Of a DNA stretch of 64,000 nucleotides, positions 20,266 through 31,438 are shown piece by piece. Position numbers and translations under genes: made by a program. The stretch is taken from contig PDIP01000007.1 of NCBI GenBank assembly GCA_002811645.1, forward strand, positions 1 to 64,000, given 5' to 3'. The stretch's first letter is position 1. Each line of letters begins with the position of its first letter. Source of the stretch: Corallochytrium limacisporum Hawaii (taxonomy: Eukaryota; Protista; Pluriformea). The notes beneath the pieces were generated by a model. It saw only the letters and a list, made by a program, of their open reading frames with translations. It was not told the DNA's origin and did no database searches.

Positions 20266-22746
20266 CTATGATAGAGACAACAATGTTGTGGTCAGATCAT
20301 GGTTTATGTTCCTGAGCCAGACCCTCTGGTCCCGGAGGCGGTCAATGTGTGCCTGGCGTCGTAGAGACGGTGTCTGTCTTACGTTGGCTCCAGCCGACGC
20401 AGGTCGCTGATGACTGCGGTATCGCGCCACGCCACCGATTGATACCGGTTCTGGTATCGTCGTTGGTGGCCCAGGGACAGTTGGCCGTGGTACGGCTCCG
20501 TTGACAGCGTGGAAACGTCCCATCGAAAAGCGCAGAGATTCCATTGCCGTTTCGAGGGGATCGAGAAGATCGTCGTCGCTTTCATCCCTGTGTCCGTTCG
20601 TGGCCGTGTCCCAGTACCGCGAGTACAATGGCCGTTCCCTGGACGGTACGTAACCCGCCGCAGTAAAGGCCTGTAGGTCGCCATAGCCCCGTTCAGAGTG
20701 TAGTGGAACCCAGGGTTCCTTGCGTGGGTCAGACCACAACGGATGCCCGGGCCTTTGTCTTCCATCGGGGTCCACGGCTCTGGGAAGGGCAGTGTTGGGC
20801 CTCTGATCACCTTGCAATGACTCTCCAACAGGGACAGGCCCCTCACCGCGCAAGAACGCTTTGGTTTGCTCTAAAAAATCATCAATCTCTCCGGACGCCG
20901 TGTACTCTTTGAAAGAAAGGCCGGGATCGGAGCCGTTGGCCAGGCGCGAGGCGTTCATGGCCTTGAGCACTGTAGGGTGGTCGATGGAATCGAGGATCTT
21001 AGCCTCTTCAAGACCGTGCAGAATGTCTGCTATGGCATCGTAGGCCGGGTGTTGGGTTGCACTAATCTGACGGATTTGGGGTTGAACGTGATGTGCTCCG
21101 CTCTGATGCATGGACGGAACAGTCGTGTCTTGTCCGACTCCGCCTCCGCCTCCAACAATGTACTGCGGGGAGGTTTGGTGTTTGTGCCGCTCATATGCCT
21201 GACTGTCGCTCAGGGCCTGTTTCATGCTCATCTCTATAATCCCGCTAATTTCCTTCATATTAGGTTGCTGATGGATGCTTGACAGAGAGTCATTGGCTGA
21301 GTTTTGGTAGTCAGTGCCTAGCATGCGCCTGACCACACGGTCGACGTCGGAGAGCGATTGCTGGTGGTCATGAGGCGACGATCCCGCCGCCCCCCCCGTG
21401 GCGGAGACGGGGAGCGCGGATGTCGGACTGCCCTGATGCACTCCTGGGAGTGGACTGCGTATGTCATGTGGTGGTTTAGGTGGAATCATGTGCTGCGGCA
21501 CATGGCTAAGATCGCTTCGTTTAGGCGCCTCCTTGGCCTCTGAAGCCCAGGGGTAGACTTTGTCAAAGTCTGAGGAATCGGATGCGATCGAAGTGAGCGT
21601 GAAATTGAGTGGATTATCTGGGGACTCACCACGGGCGGCTGCGTCAGCAGGTGTCAGCTCGCGGTACTGCAAATATTCCGGTCGTGATTGAAAGTACTCA
21701 TCGTCATTTTCGCTGGCCGATACGGATTGCTGTAGCAGTGCATCGGTGGTGCCTGAGCTGGGTTTTGGAGTTGGGCCACGCTGTGTTGTCGTTTCGATTG
21801 TGCCTTCGTCAACCTCAGCCTTTGTTGTCCGTGTTTGCAGCTGACGCATTTCCTCGCCCTTCTGCGCATTGAATGCTGCAAACGGTGACATACGCGTGGT
21901 GGTTGAGCCTACAAGGCCAGCCCCTGACCCCTGTAGTGACGTGGATGTCGCACTGCCGCCAAAATTGAACGATCCGGAGCCAGCTAGAGACTGCTGAGCG
22001 AGGCTTTGGGTCGGTTGCGAGCCGTCCAGCTGGGTGCTTGGTACTTTGTTGTGGGTGTTGAAGCGGTCGTATGTGTTTGTCCGTTGCCTTTCCGTTGGAC
22101 CTCCTGGATTCTCCGGCAGGTCCTCGACCTCACTGTCGCCCGCATAGTCGTTACCACCTTCGAGAAAATCAAGGCCAAGATCGGCGGCAGTATTGTCGTT
22201 CAGTGTTTCTACGACGTCCCGTGGGGTCTTGCTGACGGGAATGGATGCTAAAGGCAGATCTGATTGTTTTATGAACTTCACGGCAGTGTCGGCCAGGATG
22301 TCACCAACGATGTTTTCGTTGCTCTGTCTTAGTCCTCCAGCTTGCATTAAACGGTCCCGGGGCGTCGATCCGGCTGGGTTGTGACTCGCACCTTGTCTGA
22401 CGTGCCTTCGTCGTTCCTTCTCTGCCAGGTACATTTGTTTATACTCCTCGTCGCACGGGTGGTCCCATGTGGATTCACCCGTTTCCATGTTGAAGTAGAA
22501 AATTTCTTCCTCCTTGCCTTTCCGACAAGCTGCCCGCCAGGGTTGAGGCAATTTGGCCTTCAAACCATCCCGAGCGATCCACATCAAGTCCGCATCTTCT
22601 GCTGGGTCCATCCCAATGACCAGGGCATACTCCTCCAGTTCTTCTGGCTCGGGTTCGTAGTCCTCATCAAATTGTTCTTCAAGAAAAAGGCATTCCTCGT
22701 CCTCATCCTCGGGGGACGGAGAATGTAGACTACGAGAATCATCCAT
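20266..22746 (-). CDS. CEP164: CEP164-like WW-domain protein
   Basis: N-terminal LEEQFDEDYEP…EYALVIGMDP…LMWIARDGLKAKLPQPW…IFYFNMETGESTWDHPCDEEY signature. Confidence 0.8.
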   Translation of the reverse strand: MDDSRSLHSPSPEDEDEECLFLEEQFDEDYEPEPEELEEYALVIGMDPAEDADLMWIARDGLKAKLPQPWRAACRKGKEEEIFYFNMETGESTWDHPCDEEYKQMYLAEKERRRHVRQGASHNPAGSTPRDRLMQAGGLRQSNENIVGDILADTAVKFIKQSDLPLASIPVSKTPRDVVETLNDNTAADLGLDFLEGGNDYAGDSEVEDLPENPGGPTERQRTNTYDRFNTHNKVPSTQLDGSQPTQSLAQQSLAGSGSFNFGGSATSTSLQGSGAGLVGSTTTRMSPFAAFNAQKGEEMRQLQTRTTKAEVDEGTIETTTQRGPTPKPSSGTTDALLQQSVSASENDDEYFQSRPEYLQYRELTPADAAARGESPDNPLNFTLTSIASDSSDFDKVYPWASEAKEAPKRSDLSHVPQHMIPPKPPHDIRSPLPGVHQGSPTSALPVSATGGAAGSSPHDHQQSLSDVDRVVRRMLGTDYQNSANDSLSSIHQQPNMKEISGIIEMSMKQALSDSQAYERHKHQTSPQYIVGGGGGVGQDTTVPSMHQSGAHHVQPQIRQISATQHPAYDAIADILHGLEEAKILDSIDHPTVLKAMNASRLANGSDPGLSFKEYTASGEIDDFLEQTKAFLRGEGPVPVGESLQGDQRPNTALPRAVDPDGRQRPGHPLWSDPRKEPWVPLHSERGYGDLQAFTAAGYVPSRERPLYSRYWDTATNGHRDESDDDLLDPLETAMESLRFSMGRFHAVNGAVPRPTVPGPPTTIPEPVSIGGVARYRSHQRPASAGANVRQTPSLRRQAHIDRLRDQRVWLRNINHDLTTTLLSLS

Positions 22747-24413
22747 ACCTTCGGTGAATGGTAGTATACACGACTTGTGCTAGTGATCCACGAAGCGCTA
22801 CCGCGTTAGGTCGCCATGGCTGTGTGTGGTTCTTGTCTTTCCCGGTGCCGCGTTTTGGTTTGTTTCGCGAACCTCCGCTTAACCCATGTACAATCGTATG
22901 TCTCACTGTTCTTTCTGAGCCATTGGAAATACCACCGCACACTGCCAAAGGACCGCACTGCCTCTCAACCGCGGACCGGCTGTTCAGCGGTGGTTACAGT
23001 GGGGTGGTGGTGGGGGTGGAAGTGGGGTCGGCGGTGGGTTGGTTGTTCGCAGTGAGGCCGCCCTCTCCCCCTCCCCCCCTCCTCTCTACCCCCGGGGCTT
23101 GCCTCCGTGGCCTCGGCTTTCTCTGGGCATTTTGGCCTCTTGCGCGGCGCTGTGTTTTCTTTGGCCCCCCGGGGGGGGGGGGCGGGTCTCAGCCGAGCGG
23201 TGCAGCAGCAGCACACTGCAAGTCAGTGTCACCGACCACCGAGGAAGGAAAACATCCGCAGAGTCCCGACTGACTCTCTCACTCTCTCTCTCCCCCCCCT
23301 CCTCAACCCCTCTCCTCGCTCACTGCGGTCAAAATGCCACAAAACTTTTTCCCCTACACCCCCACTTCTCTCCTTGGCGTATTTCTCAGACCGCGGGGCC
23401 GAAGAATGAGCAGAGAGACTGCAAAAAAAAGGAAAAGGAAAAAAGGAAAAAATGGTAGAAAAGAGGGGTTTGCCCCCCCTCGGAACTGTTTTCGTGGGCT
23501 AGACTCACACACCTCCGAGGGTCTCTGTGTCTCGCTCACCCGTGTCCACCCTCTCCCACCGTCTCTCTGTCTCTCCCCTGTAATAAACCCTGGGGAGCGG
23601 GGGTCTATTTTCTTTGGCGCGCTTTTTTTTTTATTTCACCCTTGGGTGCCCCGTTCGGGCCCGTTTCATTTTGCTGGGGTTTGGGAGGGAGCTCCACGAT
23701 TTTTTGGGCCATCGCTCCAGTGGCAGGCATTCCCCCACCCCCCGCGGGGGGGCCTTGTGTTCGGACGCTGCGGAGTGGGCACCGCGGGCGGTCGGGGGCC
23801 AAAGAAAAAGGAAAAAAAAAAGGGGGGGGACGAAGTGGAAAAGAAAACCAGGCGAAAGGTTCAGCCCTAACGAAACCACTACACTTGGGCCCGGGCAAGG
23901 AGGAGGGGGGGTGGGGGGCGAGGAGAAGAGAGACCGGGGCTCCATTTTTACTTCTTTGCCTTTGGCCCCATTTTCCCCGGCCTGCCCCTTTTTTTTCTTT
24001 CCTCGAAGGGCGGTCTCAAACCTGCAAACCCTCCCCTGCTCCCCCAGCTCTCGCCGTGTTGCCACCGGTGCCCTTTGGTGCCTTTCCCGCCCCGCTTCCC
24101 GCCGGTTGTTGAGGGGAGCGGGCCGGGGTCCCCCGAGGGGGGGGTTTCAGTCATCGCGGCCCGCGCCTCGGTTGGAGGGAGCGCCAGTGTGCGCAAGTGT
24201 CGCGAAAGTCTGCTTTTACTTTATTGGGATTCTTCTCAAACGTTCATATGAAGCGAGAGATTAAGATTTAGCCAAGGTAGAAAAAGAAAGGTGCCACTAA
24301 GAAAACTGAAGGACTTCTAGCCTGTGCGATGAAAAACGGAGTACCGTACAGACCAGATATGAATGTGACGTAAGCGGTGCGGAAGATTCTCTACCTTGTG
24401 CTCCTTTTTGAGG

Positions 24414-27002
24414 ATGAATCTTTCGTCAAATGAGGCACGGTCAGCCGTGGGTGGCGTTCTGTCCAATTCAATGAAAGGCAGTTCGCAAGGATCAGATTCG
24501 GCAGAGGACCAGCCGCAGAACAGCAAAGGCCAAAGTGGCTTTAGTGTCGCCGACAGCGAAGAGAAGCGCTCTTTGACGCCCACGAGTAGTGCCAATAGAA
24601 TAGTTTCAGCAACAGGGATCACGTCAGGAGATCCCATGTCTTCAGTAGATTCCCTGCTTAAGACTGAAAAAGTACGAGAGGCAGAACAGCCTTCACAGGT
24701 AGGAGGGTCGACCGAGGACAAGCACCTTGCACCCCTGAAGGACAGCAAGGTAAAGAGCGGTCCAACCTCCCTCAGTGCAGTCGATCTCAGTGAGGACCTT
24801 GATGATCACTTTGCAGCCATGGATGAGAAGGCGGACAACGAACCCTATGAGGGGATAGTAAGGGTTGGAGAAGAAGACCATGGAGAAGCGGCAGAAGATC
24901 TGAACAGGAGCGGCCATACACTTGGGTCGACACCACGCACACCAGCGGCGCAAACTTGGTTCAAAGGCAATGCCGGGAGAGATGACGAGGATTTGCAGGC
25001 AGCTGAAGAGGACGAGGACAACATTTACTCAGACGACTTTGAGGAAGATGACGAGTTTGCTGAAGACGTGGATAATGGGAGCGAAGGTGCAGTCATATTC
25101 GTGAACGAAGGACGAGTAGTGACACCGCGAGAGACAGAAGATCTGCGAGACATGGGACAGAAGGCCAAGTCCGCCAATCTGTTTGCACCCGAGGAGTCTG
25201 AGGATGAGTACATTTACCAGAACAGGGGCGCCAGGGAAGGGTACGCGAATGACTTCGAAATCGAGGAATCTGACGACATCGAATTTGTAGACGAGGAAGA
25301 AGTGATTGTCGAGGATTCGCCTTTGACTGATGAAGCCGAAGGAGAAGGAAATGAGGGAGAAGAGGATGTATGTGAGGATACTGAGAACGACAACGAAGGA
25401 GACATGTACAACTACGAGCCGGAGGAGGCAGCTGAATCGGTTTCGTTGATCCAGAGTCAGCACCTCAAGGCGTCACCTGCGATGTCCGGATCGTCAATGC
25501 TACAGACACCCCGCCTTGAAGAAACTGACACCAGCGTCACCGGCCAAGAAGTCGTGGCCATCGACTCCTCTTCCGCGTCTGTGACCATTGGCGACCTGAC
25601 CTCCCGCCGTTTGGAGCTCGCGCATCAGCGGGAGGAATCGCAACGCCTCATCGAGCGGGTCCAACGCAAAGTGGACGAAAACATCGCAGCCAATTTTAGT
25701 CCTGAAATTGATCCGCGGGCCCGGGACCGTCCCCTGCCAGAGCGCCCTTCAGCGCCGATCCGCACGGATCTTTTGCCAGAGGACGAAGTACAAGAGTTCC
25801 TGAAACGGTCACAAACAAGCTTCGCGTCCGGGCGCTATGGCACCTCACTCAATGCTTCGGGGGCATCTCTTGGATCTGCGCTACAGTACCCCGTGGCCAC
25901 AACACGGAGCCGAGGAGCTTTTGCGGATGAACGGGGCAGTGAGCGAGAGGGTAACATGGAGGCCCCCTCCATTTCGCATACGGGAATATCACCGCAGCGT
26001 GGCGGTAATGACATTGCCCCCGCGGGGATCATCATTGAAGCTGCCAAATTAGCGGCCGAAGCTGCGGCGAAGAGCGCGGTCGAAGCGGTGCTAGCGGTCC
26101 AGAGGCCTTCTTTGGCGGACCTCCAGCGCAGCAGCGCATCTGGACCGATCGTCATGGCCGAGAAGGGCACGGCGATGAGCCCAACGGCCAGCGAAGTTGC
26201 CGCTGCCGGCCGCAATAGCCCTGGCGTTGAAAGTGTCTCCTTAATCGTTGCCGAAGCCAACACAAAGGCAGTGATGGCAGAAGAAGCAGCTGCGCCGATT
26301 GCAGAACCATCTAGTATCTCGGCGACTACCGAAGACCTTTCGGACGACGGGTCGCTTTTGCCTCCTCGCACACACAAAACCAAAACAATCGCCGACGATG
26401 ACGACATTGACGACGATGAAGACTTGGTCGGTGGAGCGAAGACAGGCCGCCCGATGACCAACGACCAAACGGTACATGCAGTCCAAACCGCGGCTGAATC
26501 TGCGATGAAGGCAGCGGAGGCTATACTGCGGGCGTGTGAAGATATGCGGCACACAATCACCGCGACAGTCACGGCCGAATCGCACGCCCGAACCATGCCG
26601 GAACCCTTATCAATAGCCCGAGCAAGCGATGCACTAACTCCCGGAGAGCTGCGTACTTTGGAGGATCGAATGGCACCACATGAGCTCTTTTTGAAGGACA
26701 TGGAGCGTCAGCAGCTGCATGCCATCGAGAACATGCACACCGCGCACGCGGATATTGCGGAGTCGCGCCGACGAATGTTCCGAGACGTCACCAACGTGCC
26801 CGGACGCTACAGTGGCCCCTCACACCCGAGCAAGGGGGACCTTAGCCTCGATGGTGACTTCAGCAACCTTCGGACTGGTCCTCCATTCCAGACGACCCTG
26901 CGGGACACCCTCGCCTACATTGACGCCGAGATGGCGAGCAGGCGGCACCGCAGGCAACAGCGGCGGCTAGCACGGGAGACTGCGAAGGGTAATGCCACCT
27001 AA
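24414..27002 (+). CDS. Acidic disordered protein with possible C-terminal DUF4614 (C19orf44-like)
   Basis: 862-codon ORF from the first ATG; LKDMERQQL…TTLRDTLAYI near the C-terminus. Confidence 0.65.
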   Translation: MNLSSNEARSAVGGVLSNSMKGSSQGSDSAEDQPQNSKGQSGFSVADSEEKRSLTPTSSANRIVSATGITSGDPMSSVDSLLKTEKVREAEQPSQVGGSTEDKHLAPLKDSKVKSGPTSLSAVDLSEDLDDHFAAMDEKADNEPYEGIVRVGEEDHGEAAEDLNRSGHTLGSTPRTPAAQTWFKGNAGRDDEDLQAAEEDEDNIYSDDFEEDDEFAEDVDNGSEGAVIFVNEGRVVTPRETEDLRDMGQKAKSANLFAPEESEDEYIYQNRGAREGYANDFEIEESDDIEFVDEEEVIVEDSPLTDEAEGEGNEGEEDVCEDTENDNEGDMYNYEPEEAAESVSLIQSQHLKASPAMSGSSMLQTPRLEETDTSVTGQEVVAIDSSSASVTIGDLTSRRLELAHQREESQRLIERVQRKVDENIAANFSPEIDPRARDRPLPERPSAPIRTDLLPEDEVQEFLKRSQTSFASGRYGTSLNASGASLGSALQYPVATTRSRGAFADERGSEREGNMEAPSISHTGISPQRGGNDIAPAGIIIEAAKLAAEAAAKSAVEAVLAVQRPSLADLQRSSASGPIVMAEKGTAMSPTASEVAAAGRNSPGVESVSLIVAEANTKAVMAEEAAAPIAEPSSISATTEDLSDDGSLLPPRTHKTKTIADDDDIDDDEDLVGGAKTGRPMTNDQTVHAVQTAAESAMKAAEAILRACEDMRHTITATVTAESHARTMPEPLSIARASDALTPGELRTLEDRMAPHELFLKDMERQQLHAIENMHTAHADIAESRRRMFRDVTNVPGRYSGPSHPSKGDLSLDGDFSNLRTGPPFQTTLRDTLAYIDAEMASRRHRRQQRRLARETAKGNAT

Positions 27003-27125
27003 AGACTACGGACAGCTCCTGTACAGTACAGACCAAATAAAGAAACAAGGAAGACCTAAATTTTGAATCTGTTTAATTTTCAACCACGCTCAAACTTGGT
27101 GGTAACCTTACTGTTTGATGACTGT

Positions 27126-29438
27126 TTACACCTTCGTTTGATGTTTGACCAAGTCTGCATAGAGACCCTTTCGCTTCATCAGTTCGAAATGTGTACCTGA
27201 CTCCGCCACACGTCCTCCCTTTAGTACAATGATGCGATCTGCATTCTGGATTGTGGACAGTCTATGAGCAATGACAATAACCGTCCGCCCCTTCATAAGG
27301 CGCTCCAATGCTTCCTGCACCACACTCTCAGACTCGGCATCCAGGGCACTGGTGGCTTCGTCAAGGATGAGTACCTTGGGATCCTTGAGGATGGCTCGGG
27401 CAATCGCTATGCGTTGGCGCTGACCCCCGCTCACGCTCTGTCCACGCTCCCCAACAACAGTGTTGTAGCCATTCGGGAAGCGCGAGATAAAACCGTGCGC
27501 ATTGGCTTGACGTGCCGCTTCCATAACCTCCTCGTCGCTCGCCTCAGGTCGCCCGTAGCGAATATTTTCCATTACAGTGGTATGGAAGAGGGTGGGCTCC
27601 TGGTTGATGAAACCAAGCACTTTCCGTCTCATCCAGCTCGGATCCAGATCGCGGATGTCTGTGCCATCCATGAGAACCCGACCGGTACCAGCGAAGCTCT
27701 CGAGCCTTTCGCCTGTAGCGCTGAAGCCGTGCTGGTCATCCGGGTCGTAGAAACGCTCGAGGAGTCCAGCAATTGTCGATTTACCGCCACCGGACGGACC
27801 GCACAGGGCCGTCACCTTGCCGGCTTCAAACGTGACGGAGAGCTGGTGGAAGACCTGATGATCCGGACGTGTTGGATATGTAAAGCTCACGTCTTTAAGC
27901 TCGAGCTCGCCAAGAACCGAGTTTACGTCCTTGGTGAGGCCACCTGTGGTTGGAATCTGCGGCTTACGGTCCATGAATTCAAAGACCCGCGACCCGGCCG
28001 CCGTGCCCCGTACCATTGATCCAAATAGAATCGAAAGATTTGCAAACGACCGCTGCAGTCCCTGGGCAAGGACCAGGAAACTCATCAAATCCCCTCCCTC
28101 GATTGTGCCCTGGACAACCAAACTGCCACCCAGGCCGAGCACCCCAAGGGTAATACCATTGATGGCCAAATTGCTCATTCCCTGGAACAGACCAATGCCC
28201 CAACCGAGGCGCTTGGCCGCCTGATTAGCCCGTAGCGCCTGACTGAAGTATTCATCCTTTTCGGTGTCTTCCATGGCAAACGCGCGGACAGTGCGGACAT
28301 TGCCAACGGCCTCGGCCGCGACGGCAGTGGCCCTAGCCATCTCTTCATTCGATCGTGCGCTCATGCGGCGTAATCCGGCACCAAGTAACGACCCGACGCC
28401 AAAGATCAATGGCATCCCGGTAACCATAACGAGCGTCATCATTTTGCTAACCCGCCACAGACTAAAAACTGCGCCAATTAGTTGTGCGACAGAACGTAGT
28501 CCTTGGGAGACCACCTGCTTAAACGCTGACTTGAAGTCCTGAACATCCGAAGTCAGGCGATCAACCAGCTCTCCGCTGCGGTGTGAGTCAAAGAAGGCCA
28601 TCTCTTGCACAATAATGGCACTGAATAGTTCATGACGCAATCGAAGGGCCATATTTTCACCGACGTACGCCAAAAGCACAATATATGTTGACGTCAGAAA
28701 CGATTGCACAAGGTAGAGACCAAGGAGCGCGAGGGCGGGCTCCTTGAGCTGCTCAGCAGCTGATCCGAGTGCGTCCGCACCACTGCCACCACTGCCTGAA
28801 CCTTCACGCAGGGCAGCGGTGACGACATTGATGAGTTTACCGAGACGGGTCGGAATTTCAATGTTGATAAACGCCACGGCCAGCGCAGTGAGTACGGCTG
28901 CAACTAGCAGCAGCGCATCATCCTTCAGACAGCGCCAGAGAGTGCCCCAACTAATTTCCGGCCTTTTTGATTTCTCTCTGTTCTTTGGATCCAATTGATC
29001 GGTGGATACGTCTCCGCCGTCATCTTTCTTGCCATAGTGTGCAAAGGGATCACCCCGGATCGACGCCTTCCCGCTCTTTGCCCTTTCACAAATCACCGAT
29101 CGCAGCAGCAATGATGACGAAGTCCCATTGCTACCAAAATAGGTGGTCCGCATGAGGTCATATATGCCAAGGCACGATATGCCTACGGTGCCAATGCTGG
29201 CCGGTTTGGTGACAGATGCAGAGGCCATAGATATGAGCGGGTTCGCAGTCACAAGGCGATGGCTGGTCCCCACGTATGTTGACAGCGACGCTCGAACGAA
29301 ACTGACTGGTGTTGCTGACTTCTGCAACTGTGTCGTGAGCTGGATAATGGGACTGCTGCTGCTGTTGATGCTGCTTGCGGCCGCCAGAGATCTGCCCGCG
29401 CCCTTGAGCAGGGCAGAGCGGATCGCAAAGAACGACAT
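27126..29438 (-). CDS. ABCB8: Mitochondrial ABCB half-transporter, ABCB8-like
   Basis: Presequence; RLTSDVQDFKSAFKQVVSQGLR; Walker A GPSGGGKS; SGGQRQR; ILDEATSALD. Confidence 0.88.
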   Translation of the reverse strand: MSFFAIRSALLKGAGRSLAAASSINSSSSPIIQLTTQLQKSATPVSFVRASLSTYVGTSHRLVTANPLISMASASVTKPASIGTVGISCLGIYDLMRTTYFGSNGTSSSLLLRSVICERAKSGKASIRGDPFAHYGKKDDGGDVSTDQLDPKNREKSKRPEISWGTLWRCLKDDALLLVAAVLTALAVAFINIEIPTRLGKLINVVTAALREGSGSGGSGADALGSAAEQLKEPALALLGLYLVQSFLTSTYIVLLAYVGENMALRLRHELFSAIIVQEMAFFDSHRSGELVDRLTSDVQDFKSAFKQVVSQGLRSVAQLIGAVFSLWRVSKMMTLVMVTGMPLIFGVGSLLGAGLRRMSARSNEEMARATAVAAEAVGNVRTVRAFAMEDTEKDEYFSQALRANQAAKRLGWGIGLFQGMSNLAINGITLGVLGLGGSLVVQGTIEGGDLMSFLVLAQGLQRSFANLSILFGSMVRGTAAGSRVFEFMDRKPQIPTTGGLTKDVNSVLGELELKDVSFTYPTRPDHQVFHQLSVTFEAGKVTALCGPSGGGKSTIAGLLERFYDPDDQHGFSATGERLESFAGTGRVLMDGTDIRDLDPSWMRRKVLGFINQEPTLFHTTVMENIRYGRPEASDEEVMEAARQANAHGFISRFPNGYNTVVGERGQSVSGGQRQRIAIARAILKDPKVLILDEATSALDAESESVVQEALERLMKGRTVIVIAHRLSTIQNADRIIVLKGGRVAESGTHFELMKRKGLYADLVKHQTKV

Positions 29439-30158
29439 GGCAAGTAGACGATGACTGCCTGTTCACCCAGATCTTCGCTCAGATGCATGTGCCTGATGTT
29501 ACTCCTGTCCAAGTGTGATAACGTGGCAAGCTTTCCTGAAATAGAGCAGTGCCAAGGTCGGGCTCTGGAAGATGGTCTCGAGATGCTTGAACGACGGGCT
29601 CACAGATGGAACCGAAATCTGCGCCTTGGCCACAGGCACTTTCCCAACCCCGGGGGAGAGGCCTGTTTTGTGTTTTGGGCGAGTGGGGCCTAAAATTTTG
29701 CATAAGTCGATTTCTCACCCATTCGCCTCGCTTGTCCGGCCCGTCTTGGCACCTCCGCTCCCTTTCCCCGCCCCGCCGGGAGACCCGTCGTTGAGCATAG
29801 AGCAGCCGCAGAGGAAGTAAAATTAGGCCCCGCGAGACACTGGAGGTCCCCTCCCCCGCGGGGAGGGGGGGGAGCTGGGCAGTCGCGCATAGAACCCTCG
29901 TGCCCACTGTGGCAAGTCACAAGGAACACATCGGGGTCCTTAAGGTGTGACTATGAATAGCATAGCTTTCATTGGTTTAATATATCGTACATATTTAATC
30001 TGTTCTAGATCAGGGTAGTTGTAAAGGAAGACAGTCAATATAGTTCGTACAAGCCGTTGACGTAGTACTGACCATGTGAACTGAGCAAAAGCAGACGAGT
30101 CCTTTTGGTGACATATCACAAAACAAACACATAGCAAAGAATTAGTCCGCTAAGAATT

Positions 30159-31028
30159 ATGGGATCAATTGCAGCAGACTTTGGCGCTCTGACGCAGCGG
30201 TATCTGCAGTCACGGTTTAGAAATGCGGGTCCTGCGTCTGAACGGATCTTCCCTGTGCGGCAGAAAGATGACACTAGCGCCAGCGCTACCAGCACAGACG
30301 GGGCCAAGCGCCCGGATGGTCGCGGGCCGACCGATATGCGCCCGATTTTCTTGGGGATCGGTGTCCTCAGCCGCAGCAGCGGGTCCTGCTACGCGGAACT
30401 TGGTTCCACAAAGGTCGCTGTCTCCGTGCACGGTCCAAAGCCCGAGCGCGCCGGCGTGGAGTTTAGCGCGCAGGGAAAACTCGCAGTGCAGTACCGACTC
30501 GCACAGTTTGCTCGCAGAGACGAACGAGGCGACATATTTGCCTCGGACGCTGAGGTGGACGCGAGCGTGACCGTCAGGCAAGCTTTGGAACCAAGCATTC
30601 TTCTGTCCAAGCTGCCGAAGAGCGTGGTAGAGGTGCAGATCATGGTTCTCGAGGACGACGGCAGTGCACTAGGACTTGCCATTACTGCCGCCAGCGCAGC
30701 ATTGGCAAGCGCAGGGATCGAAATGATTGATCTCGTCGCGGCGTCAACCTGTTCAACCCTCCCCAAGGTTGGGTCTGATCAGGTTCAGCTCACTGTGGAT
30801 CCGACGGGCGAGGAACGCAAATATGAGCTTGGGCATACCCTCTTGGCCTACATGCCTTCAATGAATCAGGTCACGGCACTGAAACAACAAGGTACGCTAA
30901 ACTACGACGACACCATTCAAGCACTGGAGGCGAATCTGACTGCTACCTCCCGGACGTACCTCGCCATGCAAAGTCGATTGAAGGACTTTGTCGATGAGCA
31001 CGCTTCGCAGCCTGCGCCAAGAGAGTAA
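30159..31028 (+). CDS. EXOSC6: Exosome RNase PH-like subunit Mtr3
   Basis: RPDGRGPTDMRPIF, SGSCYAELGSTKV, LEDDGSAL, AGIEMIDLV. Confidence 0.8.
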   Translation: MGSIAADFGALTQRYLQSRFRNAGPASERIFPVRQKDDTSASATSTDGAKRPDGRGPTDMRPIFLGIGVLSRSSGSCYAELGSTKVAVSVHGPKPERAGVEFSAQGKLAVQYRLAQFARRDERGDIFASDAEVDASVTVRQALEPSILLSKLPKSVVEVQIMVLEDDGSALGLAITAASAALASAGIEMIDLVAASTCSTLPKVGSDQVQLTVDPTGEERKYELGHTLLAYMPSMNQVTALKQQGTLNYDDTIQALEANLTATSRTYLAMQSRLKDFVDEHASQPAPRE

Positions 31029-31438
31029 AGTGAATCACGATCCGAGGTTGAAACCCATGTAGCGTCAATTACAGCGTTATATATCAGCTGAAGAACATGC
31101 ATTCTGAGAATTTAAAGAAATGGTAAAATCTCTTGTTTATCACGTTTTGATTCCTTGTCCTTTTGGGACCGGCTCCCTCGGCATTATCGTTTGGGTACCG
31201 GCGTTGAACTCGTCGGGGACGGGGCGCCACCGGATGTTCCGATTTCGTCTAGCCGACGAGAGATTGTTTGGTAAGCTCCACGCCAGGGAATAAGTCATCT
31301 TGTTATGCTCCCTAGCACAACGTACCCGCATAGTGTACCATCCCATTCTCTTTCTTTCGTTGCCGCTTCAACCAGTAGTTTCTCAGGACTTCCCCTCCAC
31401 ACATGATTGTTTTCCGTTTTGAATTGATTTCCATATTT

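Noticed and set aside
22758-24264. Many overlapping 100-240 aa ORFs in G/C-tract regions (also 33300-37350 and 54600-56440)
   Set aside because: Translations of homopolymers and microsatellites, mostly non-ATG starts, no coding signature
27680-27745. Insertion in the ABCB8 nucleotide-binding domain as a hidden in-frame intron
   Set aside because: No GT…AG boundaries spanning the insertion; more likely a loop extension
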